Source of the DNA: the human T2T-CHM13v2.0 reference genome, Homo sapiens | Assembly (NCBI RefSeq): GCF_009914755.1 | Contig: NC_060931.1 | Strand: one strand, 5' to 3' | Length of the DNA: 64,000 bases | Shown here: in pieces, positions 13,500 through 27,105 of the stretch | Position numbering within the stretch: position 1 is the first letter of the stretch | Layout of the letters: every line of letters starts with the position of its first letter | Notes under the pieces: model-generated | The model's database searches: none | Told to the model about the DNA's origin: nothing | The model's input: the letters and a program-made list of their open reading frames with translations, nothing else | Translations under genes and position numbers: made by a program

Positions 13500-13902
13500 T
13501 AATGACGGTAGTCTTTTGTATTTTCCAATCCACGAGCAGGTTCCCAGAATGTCACTCTTTGCACCCAAAACCCCTCCTCAGGCAGAGCGGAAGCACCACC
13601 TTCCAGATCCATAGCCTTCCCTCAGGGCCTCCCTTCTGCAGGCCTCCCTTGGCCAGGCCTGCCTCCTTCCTACTTAGCTTCCTAGGTTCTTTATCCTGGA
13701 GGTTCCCTAACACCCTTCTCTAAGCGGGATAGGAAAACCCCATGAGATCTTTCCCTTTGGTTCTCTGCAGAATTTCTACTGGGGGTAGAGGAGAGGAAAT
13801 GAAGGTGTCCTCTCTTCTGTCCCTTCTTCCTAGCCACATACTTATAGGCCAGAAAATCTGGAATTCTGGAAATCAGTTCTGTGAGGTCCACAGAGTGACT
13901 TC

Positions 13903-14217
<315 letters not shown>

Positions 14218-16090
14218 TAATTCAATGTCAACATTGAACATATTTCACACAAAAATTACAATCCACATTTGTTCGTGGAGCCATCAGGAGGAGCCACGTG
14301 GTGGCTGCTCCCTCTAGGATGTACTTTGTCTTGTTGGTCAATCCCATGACCTCGGTGTCTGTTGCCACCGTTGCCTGCCCCACTGGCAGGCATTGAATCC
14401 AGTGGGATGGCAACTGGCCCCATTAGCTTCTGTTCAGCTGCTTGTAGGACATGTCCTCATGGGACTCATGTATCTGTGATCAAGCAATGGTAGTCCTCAG
14501 GAAGAAAGGCTATTTGATGAGCTCTCAGTGTGGGAGAGATGAATGAGAAAGTGAGGGAGGATGGGCCACACACCTGGTCCACTAGAAAAAGAGTTCAGGT
14601 GCCTTCCTGTCCCAATCCACCCCTCTCTCTGATGAAACAATGGAGGAGAGTGAGAACCTTTGTTTCTCCTCTCCGCGAGCTTGGATCCCTTCTTCTGCTT
14701 CTTCTCCTTCCACCTCTTAGTTTCTCGGATCCTCCCATCTCTCATCATTTGTGGCTGATTTCAAAGTGTAGCTAAGTAACAACCTGGAGAGTGGGGGAAA
14801 GCTTTTATTTCCAACATTTATCAAGGTTGTTGACCTACACAGGATAGCACAGAATCCCAGTGTCCTGTCCCTTCCAGCTTTTCTCCCAATGCCACCACCC
14901 CACTACTTCTTCCCGTTGCCAGACCCCATTCCCATCCTTCCCTCTTTCCTCTTTTCTCTTTCTATGTTCATCTCTGTTTACCCTTCTTAATTTTATTTTC
15001 TTTCCAACTCACAATTCTTAGTTTTGTATTGCATTTCTGTGTTTCTAGAAAATTCCCCAGCTGGCCCTGTCTGCCTCTCCTGAATAAGTCCCCTTCCCCC
15101 ACATCTCTCTTTGGCTTCCAGTCCACTTTCCTGGGTGGTGCAAGGTACTTCCCAACTGCAGAGGAACACTTAACTCTGCTCAAAAGGCTTTGTTCCAGAT
15201 CCTTCTGAGTACCGCAGCACCTTACTCTGAAATGTGGGTACGTTAGAAAGAATGCTCCACCACCCAGGAAGTGAGCTTATACCTGAAAGACCTGGCAGTA
15301 TTTGGAGGAAATTGGGATTTAATTAGCATTTCCTTTTATGCCACTGTCAATATGCTTCTGTTACATTTATGGGGTTGTGTGGGTATCCTCTGGTGGCTAA
15401 TTACGTGAAATTTCTCTTCTTTGTTATACTTTAATAAACATGCACAATATATAAAGTTGAAACTGGTTCTTTTACCAAAAGTGAGATTCTTAATTTGAAT
15501 AGGGACTTATTTTTCTTCTCTTTAAGGAGAGGTAGTTTTACGTGTTTATGTTCTACTGCTGGGTGGGTGATATTTGTAAATTTTTTTTTTCTCTTGTAGG
15601 AGATAATGAGTAATCAAAACCAGCAACATGTTCTCTTTTTGTTCAGGTGCAGAAAGATTGTGATGGAAAGAAAGCCAAATGGGGACTTAAATTTAGATCG
15701 TTCCTGTTGTGCCTGGTTTTCCAATCTCGAGCTAAGTGTGTTTAATTATTCCAAGAGCAGTGTTTCGTAGGTGTGTGTGAAGGTCAGGAACAACTCCACT
15801 CCTTGCCATGTGGGAAGTGTTGGCCTCTTTTCCTGTGGTGTGTGGGACCTGTGCGTGTTCCCAGATGTCCTCCAAATCCAGCAGCCACCAACAGACTGCT
15901 TGTGAGCACCAGTGCAGAAAGAACTCAAGGGAGCCCCGGGGGGCCCTCATCCCACAGAGAAGAGAGTCCTGAGCTGAATGGAAATGACGCAGTGAGCACC
16001 CAAACAACTCCTGGGTTCGAGGCTGTGATGACAGCATCCATTGTTCAGACGAAGAAGTTGAGGCTGGGTACAGTAAAAAGTCTGGGCAGG

Positions 16091-16285
16091 TGTGGTTGCC
16101 AGGGGTTGGGGGAAGGAGGAGTGGGGAGTTAATGTTTAATGGATGTGGAGTTTCAGTTTGGGGAGACAAAAACTTCTGGAGATGGCTGATGGTGATGGCA
16201 AATGTACTAAATGCCACTGAACTGTACACTGAAAATGGTGAGGTGCTATGTCTATGTTATCATAACGAAAACAAGGTTTTATAAC
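16091..16285 (+). mobile_element. L1MB-like 3' end fragment (copy 1)
   Basis: GTGGTTGCCAGGGGTTGGGGGAAGG...TGTTTAATGG..GAGTTTCAGTTTGGG...TTCTGGAGATGG...ACTGAACTGTACACT. Confidence 0.85.
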
Positions 16286-16317
16286 TACTAGTCTTTAATT
16301 TTAAAATGCAAAGATTC

Positions 16318-16801
16318 AGATGAACGGATAAAACAATGTGGTGTATCCATACAATGGTCCATTATTCAGTCTTAAAAAGGAAGGAAATTATGATGCATGC
16401 TCCAACATGGATGAACCTTGAGGACATGATGCTAAGTGACATAAATTAGTCACAAAAGGACAAATATTGTATGATTCCAATTATGTGAGTAGTCCACTTA
16501 TATGAGTATGCATAGTTATATGAGTAGTCAAATTGACTTTGAGTAGTCACTTACATAAGTAGTCAAATTCATAAAAACAGAAAGTAGAATGGTAGTTGCC
16601 ATTGGCTGGGGGAAAGAGGGAATGGGCAGTTATTGTTTAATGGGTACAGAGTTTCAGTTTGGGAAGATGAAAAGTTCTGGAGATGGATGGTAGTGATGGT
16701 TTCACAACAAAGTGAATGTACTCAATGCTACTGAACTGTACACCTAAAAACATGGTTGAGATGGCAAATTTGCTGTTATGTATATTTTACCACAGTAGAA
16801 A
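16318..16801 (+). mobile_element. L1MB-like 3' end (copy 2)
   Basis: AGATGAACGGATAAAACAATGTGGTGTATCCATACAATGG...ACATGGATGAACCTTGAGGACAT..GCTAAGTGA...CACAAAAGGACAAATATTGTATGATTCC...TATATTTTACCACA plus A tail. Confidence 0.9.
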
Positions 16802-17937
16802 AAAAAGTCTTGGCAGGCTGCAAGGTGCCAACAAAACTTATCTACTACTGTCCCACTCCAGTGCTCTTTCCATGAGTGTTAACTACCTCCCTGGGAACAC
16901 TGTGTACACAGAATTAGAAAAGATTTCTCTGTCCTGACAGATGCCCAGCATTACTGCATGCCGGAGAGCAAAAGGCAGCCTGATAGAGACTTGACCTCCG
17001 GGCACAGAAGACGCAAACTCAAATGCCAGCTTGGAAAAGGGATTAATGATTTAAAAGATTTGAGGCAAAGAAAATGCTATTGCTGCTGGTTTGGCTTACT
17101 GAGAAGGGTTCATTAATTCACATATAGGAGTTCCAGGGGGAGAAATGTTGTCCTAATTATGTCTTGGGTAATTTGGTCATTTAAATGGCTAACCAATTTG
17201 CAACTAGGTTCTTTCTCGAGGTATCACATCTTTATTCAGTGCCATTCCTTCCTGCCAGGCGTTCTTTGGATGTGTGCATCGTTGTGGGGATGTTAGCCTG
17301 TCTTTGCCCATTGCTACGCTTCCTCCTCTTCAATCATGTGACCGTGTAGCTTTTCTGTGGGACTGGAAATGTGTCTAGCTGGAATTATCGCCTGTGTTAG
17401 CAGGATTCTTGTAGCCTCCAGAAGGTACAAGGCCAAATACCATGTTTGCAGCATCTTCCATGAATAGTTGTCTTGGGTAAGGATCAAACAATTATACTCC
17501 AATTAAGGGGAGATTCAGAACCCATCCAAATTCTATCCTTGAGAAATGCCTGCTGCAGGAGCTGGCTTCACATTGACAGCCAGAGTCCTGCTGCCCGGAC
17601 AGGGCTCACCCTACAGAGATGGCCTCCCCAAACCTGACGAGCTGCGTGCTCATGAGAGGAGCGCCATGCTCAGCTGTGAGTGAGGCTTGTTAATTGAGAG
17701 ATGAGGCCTGAGGCTGCTCTTGCTGTTGTTTCCCCAGGCTGTACAACACGTGCAACCAGGTTTTGGTGGAGAGAGAGCTTTAGGATCAATGATTCCTACT
17801 TTATGCCTCCACCAATCCCCATCACCTGATGGAGGCAAAGACATTGAATGTTTTGGGGGTAAGAAAATGCAGTGTTCTTCCCAAAGCAGGGGAAAAAGGA
17901 GCAAAGCATATTTATTGTCAGGGTCTCCTTTGATATT

Positions 17938-18180
17938 AATAATGGACAAATGCTACTACTTACTATGGTCAGGCACTATGCAAAGTGCATGCAACATATT
18001 GCTCTATGTAATCCTTAAAATAACTCTATGACGTATGGGTGTCATTGTCTCCATTTTAGAGATGAAAGAAATGAGAGGTTCAGTGACTTGTCTCAGACCA
18101 CACAGCCAGCAAATAGTAGAAACCAGATTTCAATCAATCAGGTTTTTGGATGTAAATTTCCAGATTCTTTCAGCAGTACT
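17938..18180 (-). mobile_element. MIR
   Basis: TACTATGGTCAGGCACTATGCAAAGTGC...CCATTTTAGAGATGAAAGAAATGAGAGGTTCAGTGACTTGTCTCAGACCACACAGC. Confidence 0.85.
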
Positions 18181-18739
18181 GTAGCCACTCAGGGGCTGAT
18201 GTTTATTGCAAGAGCTAAATATCTAGGGCTGATGAAGGAAGCTGCCTTTAATCCAGAAGACCAGACAGCTACAGTATGTGGTTATTAATTGGTTCGATTT
18301 TTTAAAAGCACTACGTATTTCTCCTTTTTATCTTCCCACGTGAAAGATCTTACATGCTCTGTGAGGTACTGGCAATTAAAGATGGAGGTAGAGGAGAATG
18401 TAGGGGTGGATGCTTGGGGAAGGGGGTGGGCAGAGTGGTCACAGGATGGCAGAGCTCCGTTCTTCTGAATGGGTTCTATGCTGTTTTGAGACAAAGGAGC
18501 AAATTTGCTCCATTGCCTCTGTGCACTGCCTGCCACCCCACCCTCTTCCCACCTTCTGCCCAGCATATGCAGACCTTCCCCAGGCAAGGTCTATCCTGAG
18601 CTGCCTTCTCTTCTCTTGCACACTCTCGTCTCCAGGGCTCTCATCCACTGCTTTACTTCTGCCACCATGGCCACTGCTGTGACCACCATCATCTATGGGG
18701 TTCTCAGTTCTACATCACCAGCCCTAGCCTCTCCAGGCT

Positions 18740-19300
18740 TCAGGCCTGCTGCCCAACTCCCTGTTGCACAGTTGCCCTTGGAGTTGCTGCATCATCTTGA
18801 TTTAGCATGCTCTTCATCACCTTATCTCCCCTTCCTCCTCACTCTAGCACTTCACCCCATCTGACCACTCTGTGGCACAATTCTCTAGCCACCTCCTAGT
18901 CCAGTTCTCTTCAATACCTTCATCTCTTATTTTCCATATCTAACTTGTTGCAAGTCCTGTGATTTCTGTGTTTGCAATGTCACTGGCATCCATCTCTTCC
19001 TTTTATTCATTCACAATCTCCTTACTACACACCCACTATGGGGCAAATGCTTTTCACACCGCTTGCATCTCCCAGTCCTGATTCTCCCAAACTTTTTCAA
19101 CAGACAAGCAGAATAACTTTTCTGGTGTCTCTACCTTCAATCTATTTCCACTCCACACTGTCCTATGCTATTGCCAGATTAATGTTCCCCAGGTAAAACC
19201 CAGATCATGCAAGCTCTGTCAAAAATATTTTATGGTCTATGACATATTGGGCTTTCCAAACTATGAACCTCAATCACCTTTCCAGCCTCGGGTTCTACCA
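18740..19300 (+). mobile_element. L2 fragment
   Basis: CAAGTCCTGTGATTTCT...CATCCATCTCTTCC...CTCCACACTG...GCCAGATTAATGTTCC...CAGATCATG are L2 internal motifs. Confidence 0.6.
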
Positions 19301-19374
19301 TCACTTCACTGCCCCAAAAGAGAAGGAGCAGTAAAAGCCATGATTATAACCCTAGTAATAGTAGTAAAGCAACA

Positions 19375-19500
19375 ACCATAATAAAGGTAGTAGCCAATGC
19401 TCATAGAACACATTCTGGGGGCTGAGCACTGTTATAAGTGCTATGTATATATTAACTCATTTAATTGTCATACCCACCCAATGAGTTGGCACTGTTCTTG
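19375..19500 (-). mobile_element. MIR 3' fragment
   Basis: GCACTGTTATAAGTGCTATGTATATATTAACTCATTTAATTGTCATACCCACCCAATGAG. Confidence 0.7.
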
Positions 19501-19503
19501 TAG

Positions 19504-20222
<719 letters not shown>

Positions 20223-20944
20223 GTTAATAGGATTGAATTCACATTCCAGATTCCTTGGCTGCCGTTAATGTCATTCATATAGCCTAGTCTCTTGCAGCTA
20301 AAAGGCTAGATAAACCCAATCCAATCAGAAAGAATGAAGATGCCAAGTGCGAGTAAGAGGCAAAATCCTCTTTCACCTGCTCATCAGTATTCAGTAATTG
20401 TCTGTGCTCTTTAAAAGAAGCACATGGGAGGGGCCATCATGGAGGGATGCCCTTTGCTGAAGGGGAAGGAGAGGAGGGATGCGTTTTTGTGGCTGTGTTA
20501 ATAATGCACATGGGATCTGAAGGTACAGGTTCATGCCATGAGTCACAGGAAGGAAATTCTGTATCTAGAAAAGGTGTCCGCTTTCTGAGTATGGCTTTCT
20601 TGTGTTATGCCTAATTAGCTTTGAAAAATCAAGCATTATTAGTATAAGTCATTCTTGTAGGTTTATTAATATGAGCAGCTTCAAGTAGGAAGAGGTTAGA
20701 GGCAAAAATACATGGAGTTTCCATGGTTCTGAGAGTCTGTTTTTTTTTTTTTTCTGGTCTCTCTGGTCTCCTTAATTAAGGCTGTTCCAGTCCACCTTGC
20801 CTTCTTCTAAAAGCCTCGTCTTTGCTGTATTCTGTTCTCTTTGTGCCATCCCTCTGTTTAAAAAACCACAGTGACTCCCAGTCCTGATCTTCCCAAAGTA
20901 AACCACACTCATACCTACGTCACACTGCTTGGCCTTCAAGCCAT

Positions 20945-21250
20945 AAATAAACTCCCATCTCTTCTAGGAAGCCTTCCTTGACTTCTTCATTCCATACAAA
21001 TGCCACTTCCACTTTCCCAAACTTCTGCAGACTATGTGGTCTGTCCCACACAATTTAGTACTTAATTATATCACCATATATAATGGGACTGTCTTCATTT
21101 TTTATTGGGTATTGGCTTTGTCTCCCAAATGGATTGGGGTTTTCTTGAGGACAGAGATCTTATTCTATTTTGTTTTTCTGACTCAGCAGCCCTTCACACC
21201 ATGTTGAGCATATATAATGTACATATTTTTCCTTTCAGATATTGATTGAT
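20945..21250 (+). mobile_element. L2 fragment
   Basis: CCCATCTCTTCTAGGAAGCCTTCCTTGACT...TCTCCC..TTCTTGAGGACAGAGAT. Confidence 0.6.
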
Positions 21251-22124
21251 TGGCTAAATCATAGAAATTGGGGATGTTGGTACCATTTTTATATCACTTT
21301 TTTTCTGAACTATAATGCTTGGACTGTAGCCAAGTTTAGCCTGACTATTGAAATCAGACTTTTTTCCATTTAAAGGGGGCAATATTTTTGTTTTAAAAAT
21401 GGAAAATGGATTAATTTAGCAAGGATTAACTATCACTTTTGTAATAGATAATTTCCATACGGGTATATTTTAGCAATCTGTGAAGGGTGCTAGTCCACCT
21501 CTGTGGCCAGGTACCCTAGGGGATGGCACCGGCAGGGGATCCTGGCAGCGGCTGCCACTCACTTGCTGGGTCCCCTACATGCTTTCCTCCTCAGTAGGGC
21601 TCCTTTCTGGGAGCCCCCACCCTTAGGCCAACAGGAGGCTCCCATCAGACTCTGCCGGAGCACATATATACCAGAATCCGGCATTTCAGAGGCACTGAGG
21701 GGTCACGGGACCTCTGAACTAATGGGTGTGATTGAGGGGCACTCCCCGTTCTCCCTGACTCTCCCCATAAGGACAGAGATTAGCCTTCCTAAAAATGGGA
21801 TAAATAGGAAGTAAGAAAACACTTGCTTTCAATCTTTCAATCTTTTCTTTATTTTCTAGGAAACCAACCCATGTTCAGTACATGTTGATGGTAGGGGAAG
21901 CTAACTTCCTATATTCCAGGCACTGGGCTAAGGGCTTTGTCTACATGACTCACTTAATCGACATGTTGAATGTAAGCCTAGCAGGGTCTTTAAGTTTGGT
22001 CACATTGTTAGAAATATGGAACCAACATTTAGTGGATGATTAGTGATTGTTTTTGAATGAATGAATACAAGTGTAGGGCTTGTGATTACCTTTACTGTGA
22101 ATAACTTGACTTTGTAGAGCAGAT

Positions 22125-22335
22125 GTTTTGTATAAAGCACTTTTCACTTATTGTGTCTTATTGTGTCTATAACATTCTGTGGTAGAGATTTGATTTGTAT
22201 CCCCTTTTGAAGATGAAGAAGCCGGGGAAGGAGGGATGAATAACTTGCCCCAAGTCACACATCAAATAAATGTCAGGGGCAGAAACAAGACTCAGATTCT
22301 CTGGTTCTAAGACCCAAACTCTTACCATCTGCCTA
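22125..22335 (-). mobile_element. MIR
   Basis: ATCCCCTTTTGAAGATGAAGAAGC...TAACTTGCCCCAAGTCACACA...GGCAGAAACAAGACTCAG. Confidence 0.75.
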
Positions 22336-22526
22336 CTATGAAGTGGAACTCCAGCTGAAAGAGATAATTCTGAGTCATCAGACTTGTAGTTCAGTGGTCA
22401 GATGAGATAGAACCAGTCTGCTGACAGGTGGGGCGGGAAGCTCTGTGGGAAACATTGGAAATGTGTTGTACATTTTTCACCTGTAGTTTCAAAAAATTTT
22501 TTAAAAGCAGAACCATTTGTGTGTAA

Positions 22527-22681
22527 TTTTTTTTAGAGACAGGGTCTCACTCTGTGCCCCAGGCTGGAGTACAGTGGTGCAAGCATAGCTCACTGCATCC
22601 TCAAACTCCTGGACTCAAAAGATCCTCCCACCTTAGCCTCCCAAAGTGCTGGGATTACAGGCATGAGCCACTGTGCCCGGT
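22527..22681 (-). mobile_element. Alu monomer (FRAM-like)
   Basis: ~155-bp single arm GAGACAGGGTCTCACTCTG...CATAGCTCACTGCA..CTCAAACTCCTGG...GAGCCACTGTGCCCGG. Confidence 0.85.
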
Positions 22682-22849
22682 CTCAACACATTTTTCTGTA
22701 GAACCCCAATATGTAAAACAGATACATGTGGGGCTGCTTTGGTTGAGAGTGGGGTTCAGGGCCTGAAATCCCACCCCAGTTGGTCTCCTATCACCGTAGA
22801 GTAGCTCCCCAAAGAACACAGCATGAAAACCATGCATCCGGCCCAACCT

Positions 22850-22975
22850 TCTTGTTTTAAAGATGACAAAACTGAGTTCCAAAGAGGCTGTGCAACCTGC
22901 CCGACGCTGGGCCATGAGCTGGGTGGGGAGGGGCCAGGACCCCGGCTCCTGAATCCCCAGCCTTTGTTGTAATTG
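22850..22975 (-). mobile_element. MIR core fragment
   Basis: TTTTAAAGATGACAAAACTGAGTTCCAAAGAGGCTGTGCAACCTGCCC. Confidence 0.65.
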
Positions 22976-23204
22976 GCCACCTTTGTCATATTTGTGTTTC
23001 CCAATTTAACATTACAGACTGACCCAAAAACACAGAAGTCAAACAAACATGGTATAAAGCCATGCTGATTACTGAGTACTCCAGGGGAGGACTCAGGAAG
23101 TGGATTAAGTGAATTTTTTAGAGGAAAGGAGCCCAGAGCTTCAGCTTGAACTACAAGAGGCTTTATTTTGTTGTCAGGAAGAGTAAAACACTTCAACAAA
23201 CACA

Positions 23205-24000
23205 TTTTATTTTTTATGATTGCAACAATAATACATTTACATTATAAAATAACTTGGAAAAGTATAGAAAAAATTAAAGAAGAAAATAAAAATCACCTGT
23301 ATCTCCACAACCAACAGGTATCCACTCAAAGCTTTGTATGGTGTATCTCTTTTCATTATTTTTCTGTACATAATGCAGATATACCTAAGTGGTATCAAAT
23401 TGCTTTATATATTGTCTCGTGTTCTGCCTTTTGCTCTTTAAATAGCATGTGAATTTTCCATTCTCACTAGTATATTGTTGAAAACATAATACTCTCTCTC
23501 ATTACAAAAGTAATACATGTTCATTGTAGACATTTGGAAAGTATAGATAAGCACTAGGGAGAAAATAAAAATCACTGATAATCTCAGTACCCAAAAATAA
23601 CTGTTGCTAGCATTTTGGTGAATATTCTTCTGGTCTTTTTATTATACCTACTATGTAGACATCCTTAATATGATTATGTGTGCTTATTTTCCACTTTGAT
23701 AGATTAGGGATAGATATTAATTTTTTATCTTCTCTTGTGACTTGATGATAAACTAAAAAAGTTTACTGATTATTTGTTATTCTTCCACAAATTACCTATC
23801 CGTGTCTTGTCATTTCCTATAGATTTCTTATAGATTACTTAAAAGTTTTTACTACTATAAATAATGCTAACTGACTATATTTGCACACAGATCTTGTCTG
23901 CATCATGCCTTTAGGATTGGGTTAGAGAAATAGGGTTCTTCAGTTACTCAACACCAGAAGTATATGCAGTACCCATTTCTCTAAACTTTTAGCTGTTATC
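23205..24000 (-). mobile_element. Two consecutive L1ME-like 3' end fragments (probably continuing at ~25450-25800)
   Basis: Twice (~23230 and ~23510): TAATACAT.TTCATT.TA.A.ATTTGGAAA.GTATAGA...GAAAATAAAAATCAC, the reverse L1ME4-type terminus. AT-rich. Confidence 0.65.
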
Positions 24001-24021
24001 TTTAAAAAATGTCCAATTTAA

Positions 24022-25430
24022 CCCCTTCCTTACACCTTATACAAAAATTAACTCAAGATGGATTAAAGACTTAAATGTAACACCCCAAACTATAAAAATC
24101 CTAGAAGAAAATCTAGGCAATAACATTCAGGCTATAGGCATGGGCAAAGATTTTGTAACAAAAAACGTCAAAAGCAATTGCAACAAAAGCAAAAATTGAC
24201 AAATGGGATCTAATTAAACTAAAGAGCTTCTGCACAACAGAAGAAACTATTATCAGAGTGAAGAGACAACCTACAGAATGGGAGAAAATTTTTGCAATCT
24301 ATCCATCTGACAAAGGTTTAATATCTAGAATATACAAGAAACTTAAATTTACAAGAAAAAAACAGTCCTATTAAAAAGTGGGCAAAAGACATGAATAGAC
24401 ACTTCTCAAAAGAATACATTTATGAGGCCAACGAATATGAAAAGAAGTCATCACTGATCATTAGAGAAATGCAAATCAAAACTACAGCGAGACACTATCT
24501 CATGCCAGTAAAAATGGCAATTACTATTATTGTTATTTTTATTTTACTTTAAATTCCAAGATACATGTGTAGAATGGTCAGGTTTGTTACATAGGTATAC
24601 ATGTGCCATGGTGGTTTGCTGCACCTATCAACCCATCATCTAGGTTTTAAGCCCTGCATGCATTAGGTATTTGTCCTAATGCTCTCCCTCCCCTTGTCCC
24701 CCACCCTTCAACAGGCCCTGGTGTGTGATGTTCCCTTCCTGGAACGGTGATTATTAAGAAGTTAAGAAACAACAGAAGCTGGCGAGGCTGTGGACAAATA
24801 ACGCTTTTACACTGTTGCTGGGAATGTAAATTAGTTCAACCATTGTGGAAGGCAGTGTAGCAATTACTCAAAGACCTAGAACCAGAAATACCATTTGACC
24901 CAGCAATCCATTACTGGATATATACCCAAAGGAATATAAATCATTCTATTATAAAGATACATGCACGCGTATGTTCATTGCAACACTATTCACAATAGCA
25001 AAGACATGGAATCAACCCAAATGCCCATCAATCATAGACCAGATAAAGAAAATGTGGTACATATACACATGGAATACTATGCAGCCATAAAAAGGAATGA
25101 GATCATGTCCTTTGCAGGGACATAGATGAAGCTGAAAGCCATTATCCTCAGCAAACTCACACAGGAACAGAAAAACAAACACTGCATGTTCTCACTTATG
25201 AGCGGGAGCTGAACAATGAGAACACATGGACACAGGGAAGGGAATAACACACACCTTGGCCTGTTGGGGGATGGTGGGAGGGAGAGCATCGGGATAACTA
25301 GCCAATGCATGTGGGGTTGAATACCTAGGCGATGGGTTGATGGGTGCAGCAAACCACCATGGCACACATTTATCTATGTAACAAACAGGCACATCCTGCA
25401 CATGTATCCTGGAACCTAAAATAAAGTTTT
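24022..25430 (+). mobile_element. 5'-truncated older L1PA (about PA8-PA13) with disrupted ORF2 end and 3' UTR
   Basis: CCCCTTCCTTACACCTTATACAAAAATTAACTCAAGATGGATTAAAGAC...CTAAAATAAAG. TSD AAAAATGTCC(A/C)ATTTAA at 24005-24021 and 25431-25447. Confidence 0.95.
24524..24742 (-). mobile_element. Short L1PA 3' end inserted in reverse orientation inside the host L1
   Basis: Reverse 3' UTR (GGTTTGTTACATAGGTATACATGTGCCATGGTGGTTTGCTGCACC...GGTGTGTGATGTTCCC). Host ORF2 sequence resumes after it. Confidence 0.92.
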
Positions 25431-26244
25431 AAAAATGTCCCATTTAATAAGTGAAAAATGGCCTCTTGTTTTAATTTTAAATTAGTAGAAAGGTTAATTT
25501 TTTCATATTTGATCATCTATTTACATGAGTGCTTTTATACTGGCTAATATGCTTTGCTCTTTTTTCAATTAGATTGCTGGTTTTCTAACTAATTTATTAG
25601 AGTTTCAAAAATATAAATTCTGAATATTAACATTGTAATATTTGCTACAAATTTGTTTCTCATCTTGTACTATGAATTTTATATTAGATTTAGTGTTATT
25701 TGCTATTTTATTTTGTATGGTTAAATCTACCAATTCTCTTCTCTGATTTTCTACCATTTGTCTTTATGCTTAGACATTTCTTTAAAAAACTATTTTTTTC
25801 TGGTTCAATTTTGTTCAGTTAGCCTTAAAACCCATTGTGGGTATTTGTGTGTCATCTGTCCGAGGTGAAACAGTTTAGGAAAGATTTTAAGGGAGAGTGA
25901 GGACAAAGTTTGAGCAGTCATCTGAAGGCATTGTGAGCTGGCTGAATGGAGTGAGTGGGGAGGAGGATGTAACTAAGAGAGAAAATGGCACCTGAATGGA
26001 ACTGGGATTTAGGATGTAGAAGAGAGGCTTGTGACAACTGGACAGAGTCAAGGGATGCATCCCCAAAGAATGTACTGATTAGCACCGTTGAAATACAATC
26101 AGAAACCAAGGTTGAAAGAGAGAAAGATGACTTCTCTACTTTCTGCCATCCCTACCTCAAGGTGGGGCCCTGTGGCCTCTACTCTGTAAGACCTCCTGGG
26201 TGGTCTTACTTATTCTCACATTTCCCATTACCTCCCATATGCTG

Positions 26245-26445
26245 TGGACTCCACTCCTCAATTTGAATCTTCAACCTGGACCTCTCTTCTGAAATTGAAG
26301 TGAATATCCAACTACCTAATGGTTGGATATCTTCTCTCAGATTCAACATGGTCTGAACTGAACACATCATCTTCCCTCTTCCCCTGCAGAATCCAATTTA
26401 TTCAATGTGCTCTTCTTCCAGAGTTTTCTGTCTTAGTGAATGGGT
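26245..26445 (+). mobile_element. L2 fragment
   Basis: CCTGGACCTCTCTTCTGAA...TATCCAACTACC...CTCAGATTCAACATGGTCTGAACTGAAC...TCTTAGTGAATGG. Confidence 0.7.
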
Positions 26446-27105
26446 TGGTTAACAAAGTGGTTCTGAGCTCTATTTTCAGAAAGGTATGGTTAAGAGAAAG
26501 GGATTCACATCTCAGTGAGAAACTTGAGTAATCATGAAGCTATTCTGTGGCTAACAAAGAGAAAGCACTAGAGTAGGTCCCAAGGAAAGGTAAAATGGGA
26601 GAAAGAATGTTCTTTGAGTTGGGAAATAAAGCTCTAACCCGTAGATATTTCAATGGCCCTGAGAGGTCTTTGGGAGACAAGAGTTTCTGAGGATTGCTTC
26701 AGTGTAAGGATTCCATAAATAGCCTCCCCAGTATTCAACTCGCAAAGTCAATCTCCAAAGGTCACATATTCCAAAACAGTTTCTAAATTTGCTTCAATGA
26801 TTTGCATTCATAGGAAGATGCACCTGCAGATCATGTAGGGCAACAACTAAGCAGTAGAATTGAAATCCTCTGCTGGTGGTCCATGGAGGGTGGTAAATGC
26901 AGTTTCTAAAGCAGGTGGAAGCCTTTCAAAGAGTGAATTCTCAAACATCTCATTTGAGCAGAATTGGCTCTTTATTGTATGTTTTTAATTAACTAAAGAC
27001 ACAATTTGATTGGAATGGGGCCAGTTCTTTTAAGATAAGCACCTTTAAGTTTTAAATAACAGATGTCCAAATTTAGGCCAGTTACATCTTTGAGGGAGAA
27101 GATAA

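Noticed and set aside
15575-15650. Two strong + strand acceptors (TTTTTCTCTTGTAG|G and TTCTCTTTTTGTTCAG|G)
   Set aside because: No convincing donor at exon distance; isolated acceptors are common in T-rich intronic DNA.
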